Source: Lentisphaerota bacterium
Lineage (GTDB): Bacteria > Verrucomicrobiota > Kiritimatiellia > UBA8416 > VGWI01
DNA: 64,000 nt
Assembly: GCA_016873655.1 (NCBI GenBank)
Contig: VGWI01000003.1
Coordinates: forward strand, 1,737 to 65,736
Direction: 5' to 3'
This document shows positions 26,387 to 35,379 of the stretch, in pieces (positions within the stretch are counted from its first letter, which is position 1; every line of letters starts with the position of its first letter). The translations under genes and the position numbers were made by a program. The notes under the pieces are model-generated. The model did not search any database, was not told the DNA's origin, and saw only the letters and a list, made by a program, of their open reading frames with translations.

Positions 26387-27295
26387 ATGACAGGTCCAGC
26401 GTCACTTGAGATTCTCCGGACCAGGTCCGGGGCCTGCCGCGCAGTACGGGATTTCTTCTTCTCCAGGGATTTCATCGAAGTCGACACTCCCGTCCGCATT
26501 CCCTCGCCCGCTCCGGAAGAACACATAGAAGCAGAACCGGCCGGAGACTGGTTCCTGAGAACCTCGCCGGAACTGCAGATGAAACGCCTGCTTGCCGCGG
26601 GAGCGGAACGGGTATTCCAGCTTGGCCCGTGCTTCAGGCGTGACGAATCCGGACCCATGCACAACCCGGAATTCACCATGCTCGAGTGGTACAGGGCAAA
26701 CGCCGACTACCTCGACATACTCGCGGATACGAAAAGCCTGGTCGCCGCGGTCGCGACCGCCATAACCGGCCGAACAACCGTCAGCCGGCACGGCCGGGTG
26801 ATCGAACTGATGCCCTGCTGGGAGATAATCACCGTCCGGGACGCCTTCCTCGAATGGGCCGGGTGGGATCCGCTGCGCGACCAGGACCCGGATCGCTTCG
26901 ACATGGATCTCGTGTGCAAGGTGGAACCGCGCATCGCCGAACGGGATCACCCGGTGATCCTCAAGGACTACCCGGTCCACGGGGCCGCCCTGGCCCGGTG
27001 CCGGCAGGACGACCCGCCGTGCGCTGAGCGCTGGGAGCTCTACATAGCCGGGATCGAACTGGCCAACGCCTTCAGCGAACTCACCGATGCATCGGAACAG
27101 CGCCGCCGGTTCGAGACGGCAACGGCGGCACGGACGGCGCGCGGCATGGCCGAATACCCGCCGGACGCGGATTTCCTGGAGGATCTTGACCGGGGACGCA
27201 TGCCGCGCGCGGGCGGAATCGCTCTCGGCATGGACCGGCTTGTGATGCTGCTGGCGGCGGCGCCGGATGTCGCGTCAGTCCGCGGCTTCGTCTGA
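26387..27295 (+). CDS. epmA: EF-P-lysine lysyltransferase EpmA (PoxA/GenX, truncated class-II LysRS paralog)
   Basis: Class II aaRS motifs (FQLGPCFRRDE, NPEFTMLEWY, GIALGMDRLVM). Directly downstream of efp. Confidence 0.85.
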   Translation: MTGPASLEILRTRSGACRAVRDFFFSRDFIEVDTPVRIPSPAPEEHIEAEPAGDWFLRTSPELQMKRLLAAGAERVFQLGPCFRRDESGPMHNPEFTMLEWYRANADYLDILADTKSLVAAVATAITGRTTVSRHGRVIELMPCWEIITVRDAFLEWAGWDPLRDQDPDRFDMDLVCKVEPRIAERDHPVILKDYPVHGAALARCRQDDPPCAERWELYIAGIELANAFSELTDASEQRRRFETATAARTARGMAEYPPDADFLEDLDRGRMPRAGGIALGMDRLVMLLAAAPDVASVRGFV

Positions 27296-28321
27296 TCCGG
27301 GCCCGGCAGCTTCCTCGTTCGCCATGTCGGATATGCGGCGCTTTATCTCGGTCTTGACCCGCTCCGCACCGTCGCCGGTGAAGGCGGATATCGGAACAGG
27401 GTCCAGCCCGGCTTCATCACGAAGTCTCTTCAACCCTTCCGCCGCATCGGGAAGATCCATCTTGTTGGCGACCACGAAAAACGGCCTGTCCGCAAGCGAC
27501 TCCTCGTGAAAGGTGATTTCCTTACGCAGGGATTCGTAGTCGGCAACCGGGTCTCGCCCGTCCACCCCCGCCGCGTCGAGCACGTAGATGAGAAAACGCG
27601 ACCGCTCGATGTGCCGGAGGAACCGGAGCCCCAGCCCTACCCCGTCGTGCGCGCCTTTCACGATTCCCGGTATGTCCGCAACCCGCACACGCGTGAAATC
27701 GTCGAACACGACGGTGCCTATCACCGGGTTCAGGGTCGTGAACGGGTACGCCGCCACCTTCGGATGCGCGTCGCTGATGGCTGCCAGCAGCGATGACTTC
27801 CCGGCGTTCGGATAGCCGACAAGCCCGACATCGGCGACGATCTTCAACGAAAGCCTGAGCTGGAACTCCTCACCCTGAATGCCGTCGGTGTGCTGCATCG
27901 GAACCTGGTTCGTGGGAGAGCGCCAGTGCCAGTTCCCGCGCCCGCCGCGCCCGCCGCGGGCAACCATCAGCTCGGCGCCTTCCTCGACGATTTCGCCCGT
28001 CACTTCGCCGGTGCTCTCGTCGCGCACTTCGGTGCCGCACGGAACCTTGAGGACCAGATCGCTCCCGTCCGCGCCGTGCTTCTGCGCGCCGCGGCCCTTC
28101 CCGCCGTGCTCGGCCTTCTGCTCGGGCGCGTAGTGCAGGGCTATAAGTGAATCGGTTTCCCGGTCGGCCCTGAGGATGATGTGCCCGCCACGGCCGCCGT
28201 CACCGCCGTCAGGTCCGCCCTTGGGAACGTACTTCTCGCGACGGAAACTCACCGCCCCGTCGCCGCCGTTGCCGGCTTTGACGCGGATCACGACCTCGTC
28301 TATGAAGGTCCTGCCCTTCAC
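27275..28321 (-). CDS. obg: GTPase Obg/CgtA
   Basis: N-terminal Gly-rich Obg fold (GGDGGRGG...) and G-domain motifs GYPNAGKSS, DIPG, NKMD. Confidence 0.9.
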   Translation of the reverse strand: MKGRTFIDEVVIRVKAGNGGDGAVSFRREKYVPKGGPDGGDGGRGGHIILRADRETDSLIALHYAPEQKAEHGGKGRGAQKHGADGSDLVLKVPCGTEVRDESTGEVTGEIVEEGAELMVARGGRGGRGNWHWRSPTNQVPMQHTDGIQGEEFQLRLSLKIVADVGLVGYPNAGKSSLLAAISDAHPKVAAYPFTTLNPVIGTVVFDDFTRVRVADIPGIVKGAHDGVGLGLRFLRHIERSRFLIYVLDAAGVDGRDPVADYESLRKEITFHEESLADRPFFVVANKMDLPDAAEGLKRLRDEAGLDPVPISAFTGDGAERVKTEIKRRISDMANEEAAGPGSDEAAD

Positions 28322-28397
28322 GGTGAAACCCGCATGGAACCCGCGGCAACCCGAAGCGGGCTATGCAACGCGACGGACGGAAGAAAGGAGGCCGGGC

Positions 28398-28652
28398 TCA
28401 ATTCGCCGCTGCCGGCTCCATGATGCTGATGCGTTTGCCGCCCTTGTCGAACCGGACCGTCCCGGCACACAGCGCGAAGAGCGTGTCGTCCTTGCCGCGC
28501 TTGACGTTCGGGCCGGGCAGGAACTTGGTTCCACGCTGCCGAACAAGAATTGAACCGGCCGTGACAAACTGTCCGTCGTGACGCTTCACGCAGAGCCGCT
28601 TGCCGATACTGTCCCGGCCGTTACGACCCGCACCGCTTGCCTTGGAAGCCAT
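28398..28652 (-). CDS. rpmA: 50S ribosomal protein L27
   Basis: [44 protein letters not shown]... canonical L27. Confidence 0.9.
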   Translation of the reverse strand: MASKASGAGRNGRDSIGKRLCVKRHDGQFVTAGSILVRQRGTKFLPGPNVKRGKDDTLFALCAGTVRFDKGGKRISIMEPAAAN

Positions 28653-28677
28653 AGGATTCCCCTTTCCGGATCGCGCA

Positions 28678-28998
28678 TCAGGCGCGGTTCAGGGCCTCGA
28701 CCTTGAGCACCGTAAGATCCTGGCGGTGGCCGATCTTCCTGGCGTAGCCCTTGCGACGCTTCTTCTTGTACGAAACCAGCTTCGGACCGCGCTTGTGTTC
28801 GACAACCGAGCACGCCACGCTGGCCCCGCTGACTTCCGGCTTGCCGATGACGATGTCCTTGCCGTCGGAAACCGCCAGCACCGGCGCCAGATCAACCTTG
28901 CCGCCGGCCTCGGCCTCGATGCGATTCACTTCGAGGACGTCCCCGGCCTTCACCAGGTACTGCCTGCCGCTCGTCTCCACAATTGCGTACGATTCCAT
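28678..28998 (-). CDS. rplU: 50S ribosomal protein L21
   Basis: [22 protein letters not shown]... from the internal ATG 28998. In rplU-rpmA-obg order. Confidence 0.9.
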   Translation of the reverse strand: MESYAIVETSGRQYLVKAGDVLEVNRIEAEAGGKVDLAPVLAVSDGKDIVIGKPEVSGASVACSVVEHKRGPKLVSYKKKRRKGYARKIGHRQDLTVLKVEALNRA

Positions 28999-29169
28999 GG
29001 TTCTCTCTCTTCCAATATGCCCCGCCCAGGCAGCCGAATCTCGGGCTCGCCGTCCGGAAAAACCGGCGCACAATAGATGCCGGCGCTCCACATGTCAACA
29101 CCGATCAGACTTGCCCCCGCTCCCGGCCCCGGCCGCAGCCGGGGCGTTCACGGCGCCGGGCAAGCCCCG

Positions 29170-29799
29170 TCAGATTCCCAGTATCGGATCCAGCTCGACC
29201 GCGATCTCGGCCATGTCCTTCGCGGCGTCTATGTCAGCCAGCAGCTTCCTGCTCGCGTAGAAGGAGATAAGCGGTTCGGTCTGGCGCCTGTACACCTCCA
29301 GCCTGTTCGCGATCGCCTCGGGCTTGTCATCATCGCGCTGAAGCAGGTCTTCCGGCTTCATGTCAGAAGTCGGGGCCGGGTAGCCGCCCGGGTTGACGTT
29401 GTATATCCGACCGGTCTTCTTATGAATGCGCCGACCGGAAAGCCGCCGGATAACCACCTCATCCTTGATCCTGAAATTGATCACCTTGTCTATCTGTACC
29501 CCGGCCGCCTCGAGCGCTTCGGCCTGCGGGATGGTGCGGGGAAACCCGTCCAGAATGAATCCCCTGGCGCAGTCCGACCGCGCGATCCGGTCCTTCAAGA
29601 GCCCTATCACGAGAGCGTCTGGCACAAGCTCGCCGGCATCCATGTAGGACTTGGCCTTCTTCCCGAGCTCCGTGCCGTTTTTCACGGCCTCACGGAGAAG
29701 ATCACCGGTCGATATCTGGACCACGCCGGTCTTCTGTGTAACGTGATGGGCCACTGTGCCTTTGCCGGCGCCCGGCGGTCCGAGAAAGATGAGTCTCAT
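29170..29799 (-). CDS. adk: Adenylate kinase
   Basis: MRLIFLGPPGAGKGT P-loop and a short LID (no Zn cysteines). 209 aa. Confidence 0.9.
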   Translation of the reverse strand: MRLIFLGPPGAGKGTVAHHVTQKTGVVQISTGDLLREAVKNGTELGKKAKSYMDAGELVPDALVIGLLKDRIARSDCARGFILDGFPRTIPQAEALEAAGVQIDKVINFRIKDEVVIRRLSGRRIHKKTGRIYNVNPGGYPAPTSDMKPEDLLQRDDDKPEAIANRLEVYRRQTEPLISFYASRKLLADIDAAKDMAEIAVELDPILGI

Positions 29800-29935
29800 T
29801 CGTGCCGTCTCCTTGCAGGTCGCTCCAAATCACAAAGGGCTGAAGCTTCGCACGTAACGCACCCGCGAGTCAACGCGCTGTTTAACGAGCCCGCCGTACT
29901 CGTGCCGCGCGAACCGCGGCAGGACAGCAAGCCGA

Positions 29936-30181
29936 TCAGGCGGCGGGCTCCATTGGCACACCGCAGCAGAATGGTTCGAACTTCCCGTTGACGCGCTGGA
30001 ACGACGCGACTTCGGCCTTGCAGATCGGGCACACGTAGAAACGCGCTTTCCTGCGCAGCGGCAGCATGTCGGTGTTGCAGCAATGCGGGTCAAAATCGCC
30101 GGCCCCGCCGTTCACCACGAAAAGCTCGGCTCCGCATACGGGACAGCGGTATACGGTTCCGCGGGAAGCAGGCCCGCTCAC
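29936..30181 (-). CDS. Tandem desulforedoxin-like (CxxCG...CC) double-module mini-protein (about 81 aa)
   Basis: Two modules: YRCPVCGAELFVVNGGAGDFDPHCCNTDM and YVCPICKAEVASFQRVNGKFEPFCCGVPM. GTG start at 30181 overlaps the stop of the preceding Dx gene (GTGA). The upstream part of the listed 134-aa ORF overlaps that gene out of frame. Confidence 0.45.
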   Translation of the reverse strand: MSGPASRGTVYRCPVCGAELFVVNGGAGDFDPHCCNTDMLPLRRKARFYVCPICKAEVASFQRVNGKFEPFCCGVPMEPAA

Positions 30182-30390
30182 TGCGCCGCTCCGCCATGTC
30201 TCGCCGACATCGGTTCCATCGGCCTGCCGCAACAGGCGAGTTCCATCACACCCACCCCGCCCTTGCTGACCATCGCCATGGCGCCGCATTTCTTGCAGCC
30301 ATACGCGACGCCGACGTTGATCGTCAACGCGCTTTCCCATTCGGTCAGGTCCCAGTCGGGCTGCTGTTCGTCAATAGGTTCGCTTTCCAT
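30178..30390 (-). CDS. Desulforedoxin-like (CxxCG...CC) single-module protein (70 aa)
   Basis: ATG 30390 preceded by AAGGAG at 5 nt. Module YGCKKCGAMAMVSKGGVGVMELACCGRPM matches the desulforedoxin Fe(Cys)4 pattern (C-x2-C-G ... C-C-G-x-x-M). Confidence 0.6.
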   Translation of the reverse strand: MESEPIDEQQPDWDLTEWESALTINVGVAYGCKKCGAMAMVSKGGVGVMELACCGRPMEPMSARHGGAAQ

Positions 30391-30593
30391 TGCGCTCCTT
30401 TCACACCCATCCCGCGCCGACGCGCGGGATGAACTGCCTGCATGATAACCGCACCCGCCTGCCCTGTGAAGCCAGTATCGGAGAACCTGTCAACGCCGCC
30501 GGCACGCAAGGAATCCAGCCGGACGGCAGCCGTATCGTCTTGCTATCTCATGAAGGAATTCCTAATAAGACAGCCTGGAGCGGGAGGAGTGCC

Positions 30594-31223
30594 ATGAATG
30601 CATTGATCGGCTGGTGGGCAGGCCTGACGGTTCTTAACCAGTGTTTCTACGGCGCGGCTTCCTTCTTCGCCGTGGTCTTCGTCTGGCAACTCGCTTCCGC
30701 CCTGATGGGGATCGGAAGCGAAGACGACCTCGACGCCGGGCCGGACGACGCCGCGGATCACCCGGTTGACGGCGACGCGCACGATACGGTCTTTGCGTTC
30801 CAGCTCATCAGCGTGCGTTCAATCATCGCCTTCTGCACACTCTTCACATGGGCCGTCTCCCTTCACCTGAATAACGGCGCGGCAGTTCGCCACGCGCTCG
30901 TGTTCGGCCTGTTGTGGGGCACCGGGGCCATGTTCATAGTATCGCTCATCCCGGCTGTAATGCGCAGGCTGACCGAAACCGGGAACCTGAAGATCGCGTC
31001 CTGCGTCGGCTCACGGGGCGCCGTGTACGGCGACATACCCGAGAGCGGCGTTGGCGAGGTGCGCGTCTCCTGCAACGGGGTCCTGACACACCTCCGCGCC
31101 CGGACCGTTGACGGCCGGCCGCTTCGCTCCGGCACTTCCGTAACAGTCGTCAGGGTTCTTGAATCGAATACCATCGAAGTGAAGTGCGACAAGCCCTCGG
31201 GCGCGAAGGAGGATCAGCAGTGA
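30594..31223 (+). CDS. NfeD-family membrane protein (partner of SPFH/flotillin)
   Basis: ATG 30594 after a GGGAGGAG SD. N-terminal TM helices plus a C-terminal OB-fold beta domain (GEVRVSCNGVLTHLRARTVDGRPLRSGTSVTVVRVLESNTIEVK). Stop overlaps the flotillin GTG start (GTGA). Confidence 0.7.
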   Translation: MNALIGWWAGLTVLNQCFYGAASFFAVVFVWQLASALMGIGSEDDLDAGPDDAADHPVDGDAHDTVFAFQLISVRSIIAFCTLFTWAVSLHLNNGAAVRHALVFGLLWGTGAMFIVSLIPAVMRRLTETGNLKIASCVGSRGAVYGDIPESGVGEVRVSCNGVLTHLRARTVDGRPLRSGTSVTVVRVLESNTIEVKCDKPSGAKEDQQ

Positions 31224-32782
31224 ACCAGTATTTTATCGCATCTCTCGGCGCGGTGACGCAGGTGCAGGGCCGCATCCCGACCGGACTGGTGCTCGGCCCG
31301 ATGCTTGCCCTCATCGCGCTCGTTCTCATCGTCACTTTCATCCGCCGGTACAGGCGCTGCCCGTCCAACAGGATACTCGTGATATACGGGAAGACCGGCA
31401 GCGGCGCGGCGCGTTGCATTCACGGCGGCGCGGCGTTCATCTGGCCGCTCATCCAGTCCTACGACTACCTCGATCTCGAACCCTTCGTCGTGCCGATTGA
31501 CCTGTCGAACGCACTCTCGCAGGAGAACATCCGCGTTACGGTGCCGACAACCGTCACCGCGGCAATCTCGTACCAGCCTGGAGTCATGGAGAACGCGGCC
31601 ATCCGCCTCCTCGGCCTGACCACTCAGCAGATACAGGCACAGGCGCAGGACATTATCATCGGCCAGATGCGCGCCGTCATCGCCACGATGAAGATCGAGG
31701 ACATCAACCGCGACCGGCAGGCGTTCATGGCGAAGGTGAATGAGGCGCTCGCGGTGGAACTCGAGAAGATCGGCCTGGGATTGATCAACGTCAACATCCG
31801 CGACATTGACGATGAGTCCGGGTACATCAAGGCAATCGGCAGAAAGGCCGCCGCGGAAGCGGTGAACCAGGCTAACATCGACGTGGCGGAACAGGAGAAA
31901 CTCGGACAGACCGGTGTGGCCGAACGCCAGCGCGACCAGAGAATCGCGGTCTCGGCCGCAACCGCGGAAGCCGAGATCGGCGAGGCCGAGGCCGCGAAGA
32001 AGAGACGCCAGAAAGTCGCCGCCGCCGTCGCCGAGGCGGAAATAGGCGAAGCTGCCGCAAGCCGCGACAAACGCCAGCAGACGGCAAAACTGGACGCTGA
32101 AGCGGTCGGTGCCGAAACCGCGGCAAATGCGCAGAAGGCCGGCTACAAGGCGAATCAGCGCGTCGCGGAAGAGGAGTCCAGGAACAAGGGCGAATCCGCT
32201 TCCCGCGAGGCGGACGGCGCGATCCGCGTGGCTCAGGAAACCGCCCAGAAGAAGGCCGAGGAGGCAAAGGCCCTGCGCGAACAGGCGCGCCTGAACGCGG
32301 AAGTCGTCGTCCCGGCGGAGGCCGAACGCAAGAAGATCGTTATCGCCTCCGAGGCGGAGAAGCAGCAGGCGGTTCTGATAGCTCAGGGGCAGGCCGAAGC
32401 AACCCTGGCGAAGATGCGCGCCGAAGGCGAAGGCACACAGGCCGTGCTCGACGGAAAGTCGGCAGGGTACAGGAACCTGGTCCAGTCGGCCGGGGACCCG
32501 AAGGTCGCGACATCCCTCCTCCTTATCGAGAAACTGCTCGAGATATCTCACGTGCAGGCGAAGGCGATCCAGGACCTGCCGCTGGAGAAGATCATCGTCT
32601 GGGACGGAGGCGCCGGCAACGGGCTCGACGGGCTCGGGAAGAGACTCATGGGCGTTCTTCCTCCGATGCACGAACTGGCAAAGCAGGCGGGCCTGGATCT
32701 GCCCGAGTTTCTGGGCCGGGTGGCCGATTCGGAAAAAACCGGCACGATCGGCCAGGAAACGCCGAAGCAGCCCGGGAAATGA
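31220..32782 (+). CDS. Flotillin-like SPFH/band-7 protein (FloT/YuaG type)
   Basis: GTG start with an AAGGAGG SD. N-terminal TM, SPFH domain and a long Ala/Glu-rich coiled-coil region (flotillin EA repeats: AEAEIGEAEAAKKRRQ...). Confidence 0.85.
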   Translation: MNQYFIASLGAVTQVQGRIPTGLVLGPMLALIALVLIVTFIRRYRRCPSNRILVIYGKTGSGAARCIHGGAAFIWPLIQSYDYLDLEPFVVPIDLSNALSQENIRVTVPTTVTAAISYQPGVMENAAIRLLGLTTQQIQAQAQDIIIGQMRAVIATMKIEDINRDRQAFMAKVNEALAVELEKIGLGLINVNIRDIDDESGYIKAIGRKAAAEAVNQANIDVAEQEKLGQTGVAERQRDQRIAVSAATAEAEIGEAEAAKKRRQKVAAAVAEAEIGEAAASRDKRQQTAKLDAEAVGAETAANAQKAGYKANQRVAEEESRNKGESASREADGAIRVAQETAQKKAEEAKALREQARLNAEVVVPAEAERKKIVIASEAEKQQAVLIAQGQAEATLAKMRAEGEGTQAVLDGKSAGYRNLVQSAGDPKVATSLLLIEKLLEISHVQAKAIQDLPLEKIIVWDGGAGNGLDGLGKRLMGVLPPMHELAKQAGLDLPEFLGRVADSEKTGTIGQETPKQPGK

Positions 32783-32823
32783 CCCGCGCACGCCGTATCC
32801 CGGCCTGACGCGCAGCACAAGGC

Positions 32824-33963
32824 ATGAGCCTCAAGGTTCGCACAGATATCCCATACGGGAATGCATGCGCCGTGGAAGTGGCGTCCGGCGGAGACATGCC
32901 GGAAGTCCGGTTCGCGGCGTCCCCGCGCGGCGGACCGGAGTCGCTTTGGTTCTGCTTCCGCGTCGTCGAATCCAACCCGGCCGCCTCGCAGGAGCAAGGC
33001 AAGGTAAGGGTTACCCTCCGCTTTTTCGACAATGTGCTCGGCGCCGGGGCGGGCGCCGACCTCGCGCCGGTGTTCAGACCGTCCGGCCAGGGCTGGCACC
33101 GCATGTCCGGCGGGGTGACATCGCTTTCCGAAACCGGACACTGCGCCGTATCATGGACTATCCCGCACCCCGCGCCCGAAACGGATGTGGCCCTTTGCTT
33201 CCCGTACGGCGAGGAGGACGCGGCTGCACTGGTCGCGAAGTCGAAGGGATCCTGGAAGACCGAGGAAATCGGGGTCAGCACCGGCGGAAGGCCGATCGTG
33301 CGCCTGTTCACCGACTCCGGCGAACCGAACGGAACACGGCAGGGCATCTACCTGGTCGCGCGCCAGCACGCGGGGGAAACCCCCGGCTCATGGGTGCTTG
33401 ACGGATTGATGCAGCAGCTTTCAAAAAGCCGGCGCTCGCCGTTCGTCGTCTGGGCGGTGCCGCTCCTGGATGCGGACGGTGTGGCCGCTGGCGAGTACGG
33501 CAAGGACAACTTCCCGTGCGACTTCAACCGCGCCTGGGGCCTGCCCCCGATGCGCCACGAAGTGCTCGCGGTGCAGCGCGACATAGCGCTGTGGCAAACG
33601 CGCTGCAAACCGGTGCTAGCCCTCGATTTTCACGCCCCCGGGGCATGCGAAACGGACGGCGTCTACGCGCTCCTCCCGAACGAGGAGAAGTTACCCGACG
33701 CCTTCAGGGCGGCCGAGAAGTGGGCAAACGTCATCCAGCAGGATCTCGGCGAATTCGCCGCTGGGAACTTCAAAAGACAGGCCGCTTGCCCGTCAAGATG
33801 GGACGGGGCGACTTTCACAACCTACATGGCATCCATTCTCTCGATCCCGGCCCTGGCGCTGGAAATACCCTACTCGCGCGCCGGCACAACCGTCCTGGCC
33901 CAGCGCCAGTACCGGGACATCGGCGCACGCCTCGCCACAGCGCTGATGCACAAGGTTCAGTAA
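32824..33963 (+). CDS. M14-family zinc carboxypeptidase-like protein
   Basis: 379 aa; IYLVARQHAGETPGSWVLDGLM resembles the M14 HxxE zinc-binding region. Confidence 0.55.
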   Translation: MSLKVRTDIPYGNACAVEVASGGDMPEVRFAASPRGGPESLWFCFRVVESNPAASQEQGKVRVTLRFFDNVLGAGAGADLAPVFRPSGQGWHRMSGGVTSLSETGHCAVSWTIPHPAPETDVALCFPYGEEDAAALVAKSKGSWKTEEIGVSTGGRPIVRLFTDSGEPNGTRQGIYLVARQHAGETPGSWVLDGLMQQLSKSRRSPFVVWAVPLLDADGVAAGEYGKDNFPCDFNRAWGLPPMRHEVLAVQRDIALWQTRCKPVLALDFHAPGACETDGVYALLPNEEKLPDAFRAAEKWANVIQQDLGEFAAGNFKRQAACPSRWDGATFTTYMASILSIPALALEIPYSRAGTTVLAQRQYRDIGARLATALMHKVQ

Positions 33964-34041
33964 ACCCGCCCTGCGCGCGCGGCCGTGAACGCCAAGTCCG
34001 CGCTTGATGCAGGCGCGCAGACAACTCACACTCCCGAGAAC

Positions 34042-34866
34042 ATGCATTCGCGTCTGCCAACAGCGTTCTGTGTCGCGGCTTTTCTGCTCCTTGCTGCCGG
34101 CGGGTGCGGAAGGAAGCCTCCTCCGGAACCGGCGACTCTCGGCATCTTCGTGATGGATCCGCTCGCGCTCCCTCTCTCCTGCGAATGCATCGCCGGCTTC
34201 GCGCAGCGCGATTACTCGAGGCTCGCGAAGTTCCTGGGAAACAGGCTCGGGCTTGAGCCTTCCCTCGCGTTCGGCACTTCGCTGGATTCGCCGGCCGCCG
34301 CGTCAGCCGACCTGGTAATCGGCAAACGCTCGGTGATCGAGTCCGAGTCGGCCCGCATGGATATCCGACTCTCGCTCGCCGCGGCCTTGACAGACAATGA
34401 CGGCGCCACCATGTTCCGGGGTCTCTTCATCGTGCGCGGGGATGACCCGGCCGTGGACCTGGCCGGCCTCGCCGGCAGGCGTCTCCTCTTCGGCCCGGCG
34501 AATTGCACGGAGAAACATTCAGCCGCGATAGAGGCGCTGACGACGGCGGGCGTCACCGTCCCCGCCACCGCCCGCACCGTCCGCGCCACTTGCACGATCG
34601 CGGCGATTGATGTCGCGGACGGAAACGCCGATGCGGCGGTCATATCCGACTACGCCGCGCCGCTGCTGCCGGCATGCGGAGCGATAAGGACCAACGAGCT
34701 GCGGGTCGTCGGCAGAACCGCCCCCGTTCCCTTCATAGGCGCGTACGTTTCAGGCCGCTGCAGCCGCACACGCGCGGCGCGAATCACCACCGCGCTGTTC
34801 GAGGCGGGCAGAGAACCGACCCTGCGGGTCGCTCTCGAAACACGCGACGGGTTCGTGGCGCCGTAG
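34042..34866 (+). CDS. PhnD/SsuA-like periplasmic substrate-binding lipoprotein
   Basis: Lipoprotein signal MHSRLPTAFCVAAFLLLAAGGC. Type-2 periplasmic binding fold motifs (GLFIVRGDDP...LAGRRLLFGPANCTEK). Confidence 0.55.
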   Translation: MHSRLPTAFCVAAFLLLAAGGCGRKPPPEPATLGIFVMDPLALPLSCECIAGFAQRDYSRLAKFLGNRLGLEPSLAFGTSLDSPAAASADLVIGKRSVIESESARMDIRLSLAAALTDNDGATMFRGLFIVRGDDPAVDLAGLAGRRLLFGPANCTEKHSAAIEALTTAGVTVPATARTVRATCTIAAIDVADGNADAAVISDYAAPLLPACGAIRTNELRVVGRTAPVPFIGAYVSGRCSRTRAARITTALFEAGREPTLRVALETRDGFVAP

Positions 34867-34992
34867 CAGACCTTCACCGTGCGGTCGGCCTCAACGATCA
34901 TGCCGCACCTTCCAGGGCTCGTCGAGATCCAGCAGGGCCGCGCCGACGCTGTACCCCTTGACCGTGCAGTTCGGCATGATGCCGTGAAACGG

Positions 34993-35182
34993 CATCACTG
35001 TCATCCCGTAGGCAACGTTTCACGATCACAAAACCCCGCGTTTGCTGATGTTTTAGAATAGTCTGCGGGATTGTGATTCTTGAACTGTCCTTCGTAATCC
35101 TGATCGTAATCGTAATCATAGTCCTCTCTTTGGCAGATGATTACGATTACGATCAGGATTACGATTACGCGATGCCTGTGGG
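34993..35182. mobile_element. MITE-like non-autonomous element, copy 2 (about 190 bp) flanked by a 14-bp direct repeat ATGCCGTGAAACGG (34979-34992 and 35183-35196)
   Basis: Same termini (CACTGTCATCCCGTAGG...CCTGTGGG) as copy 1. Internal stem extended to a perfect 26 bp (GTAATCCTGATCGTAATCGTAATCAT / ATGATTACGATTACGATCAGGATTAC) with compensatory changes relative to copy 1. Lies about 200 bp upstream of wzm. Confidence 0.6.
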
Positions 35183-35379
35183 ATGCCGTGAAACGGAATC
35201 AGCCATTGCCCTGCAAGCAAAAAGGGGGACATGCCCCCCGGCGATTCGGGCGCGGCCCGGAATTGGGCTTTCAGACGGAATGGGAAAATGTTTCCATCGC
35301 TCACGCGCTCTTTCCGGCAGGGACCCGGCAAAGACTCAACGGCGCCTTGTTTCGACAATCTTACCGCGGATGTTTCACT

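Noticed and set aside
35073-35379. N-terminal extensions of the wzm ORFs beginning MILELSFVILIV... / MITITIRITI... .
   Set aside because: These translate the MITE hairpin (AT-rich ATCGTAATC repeats). The permease homology and a plausible ATG begin at 35380.
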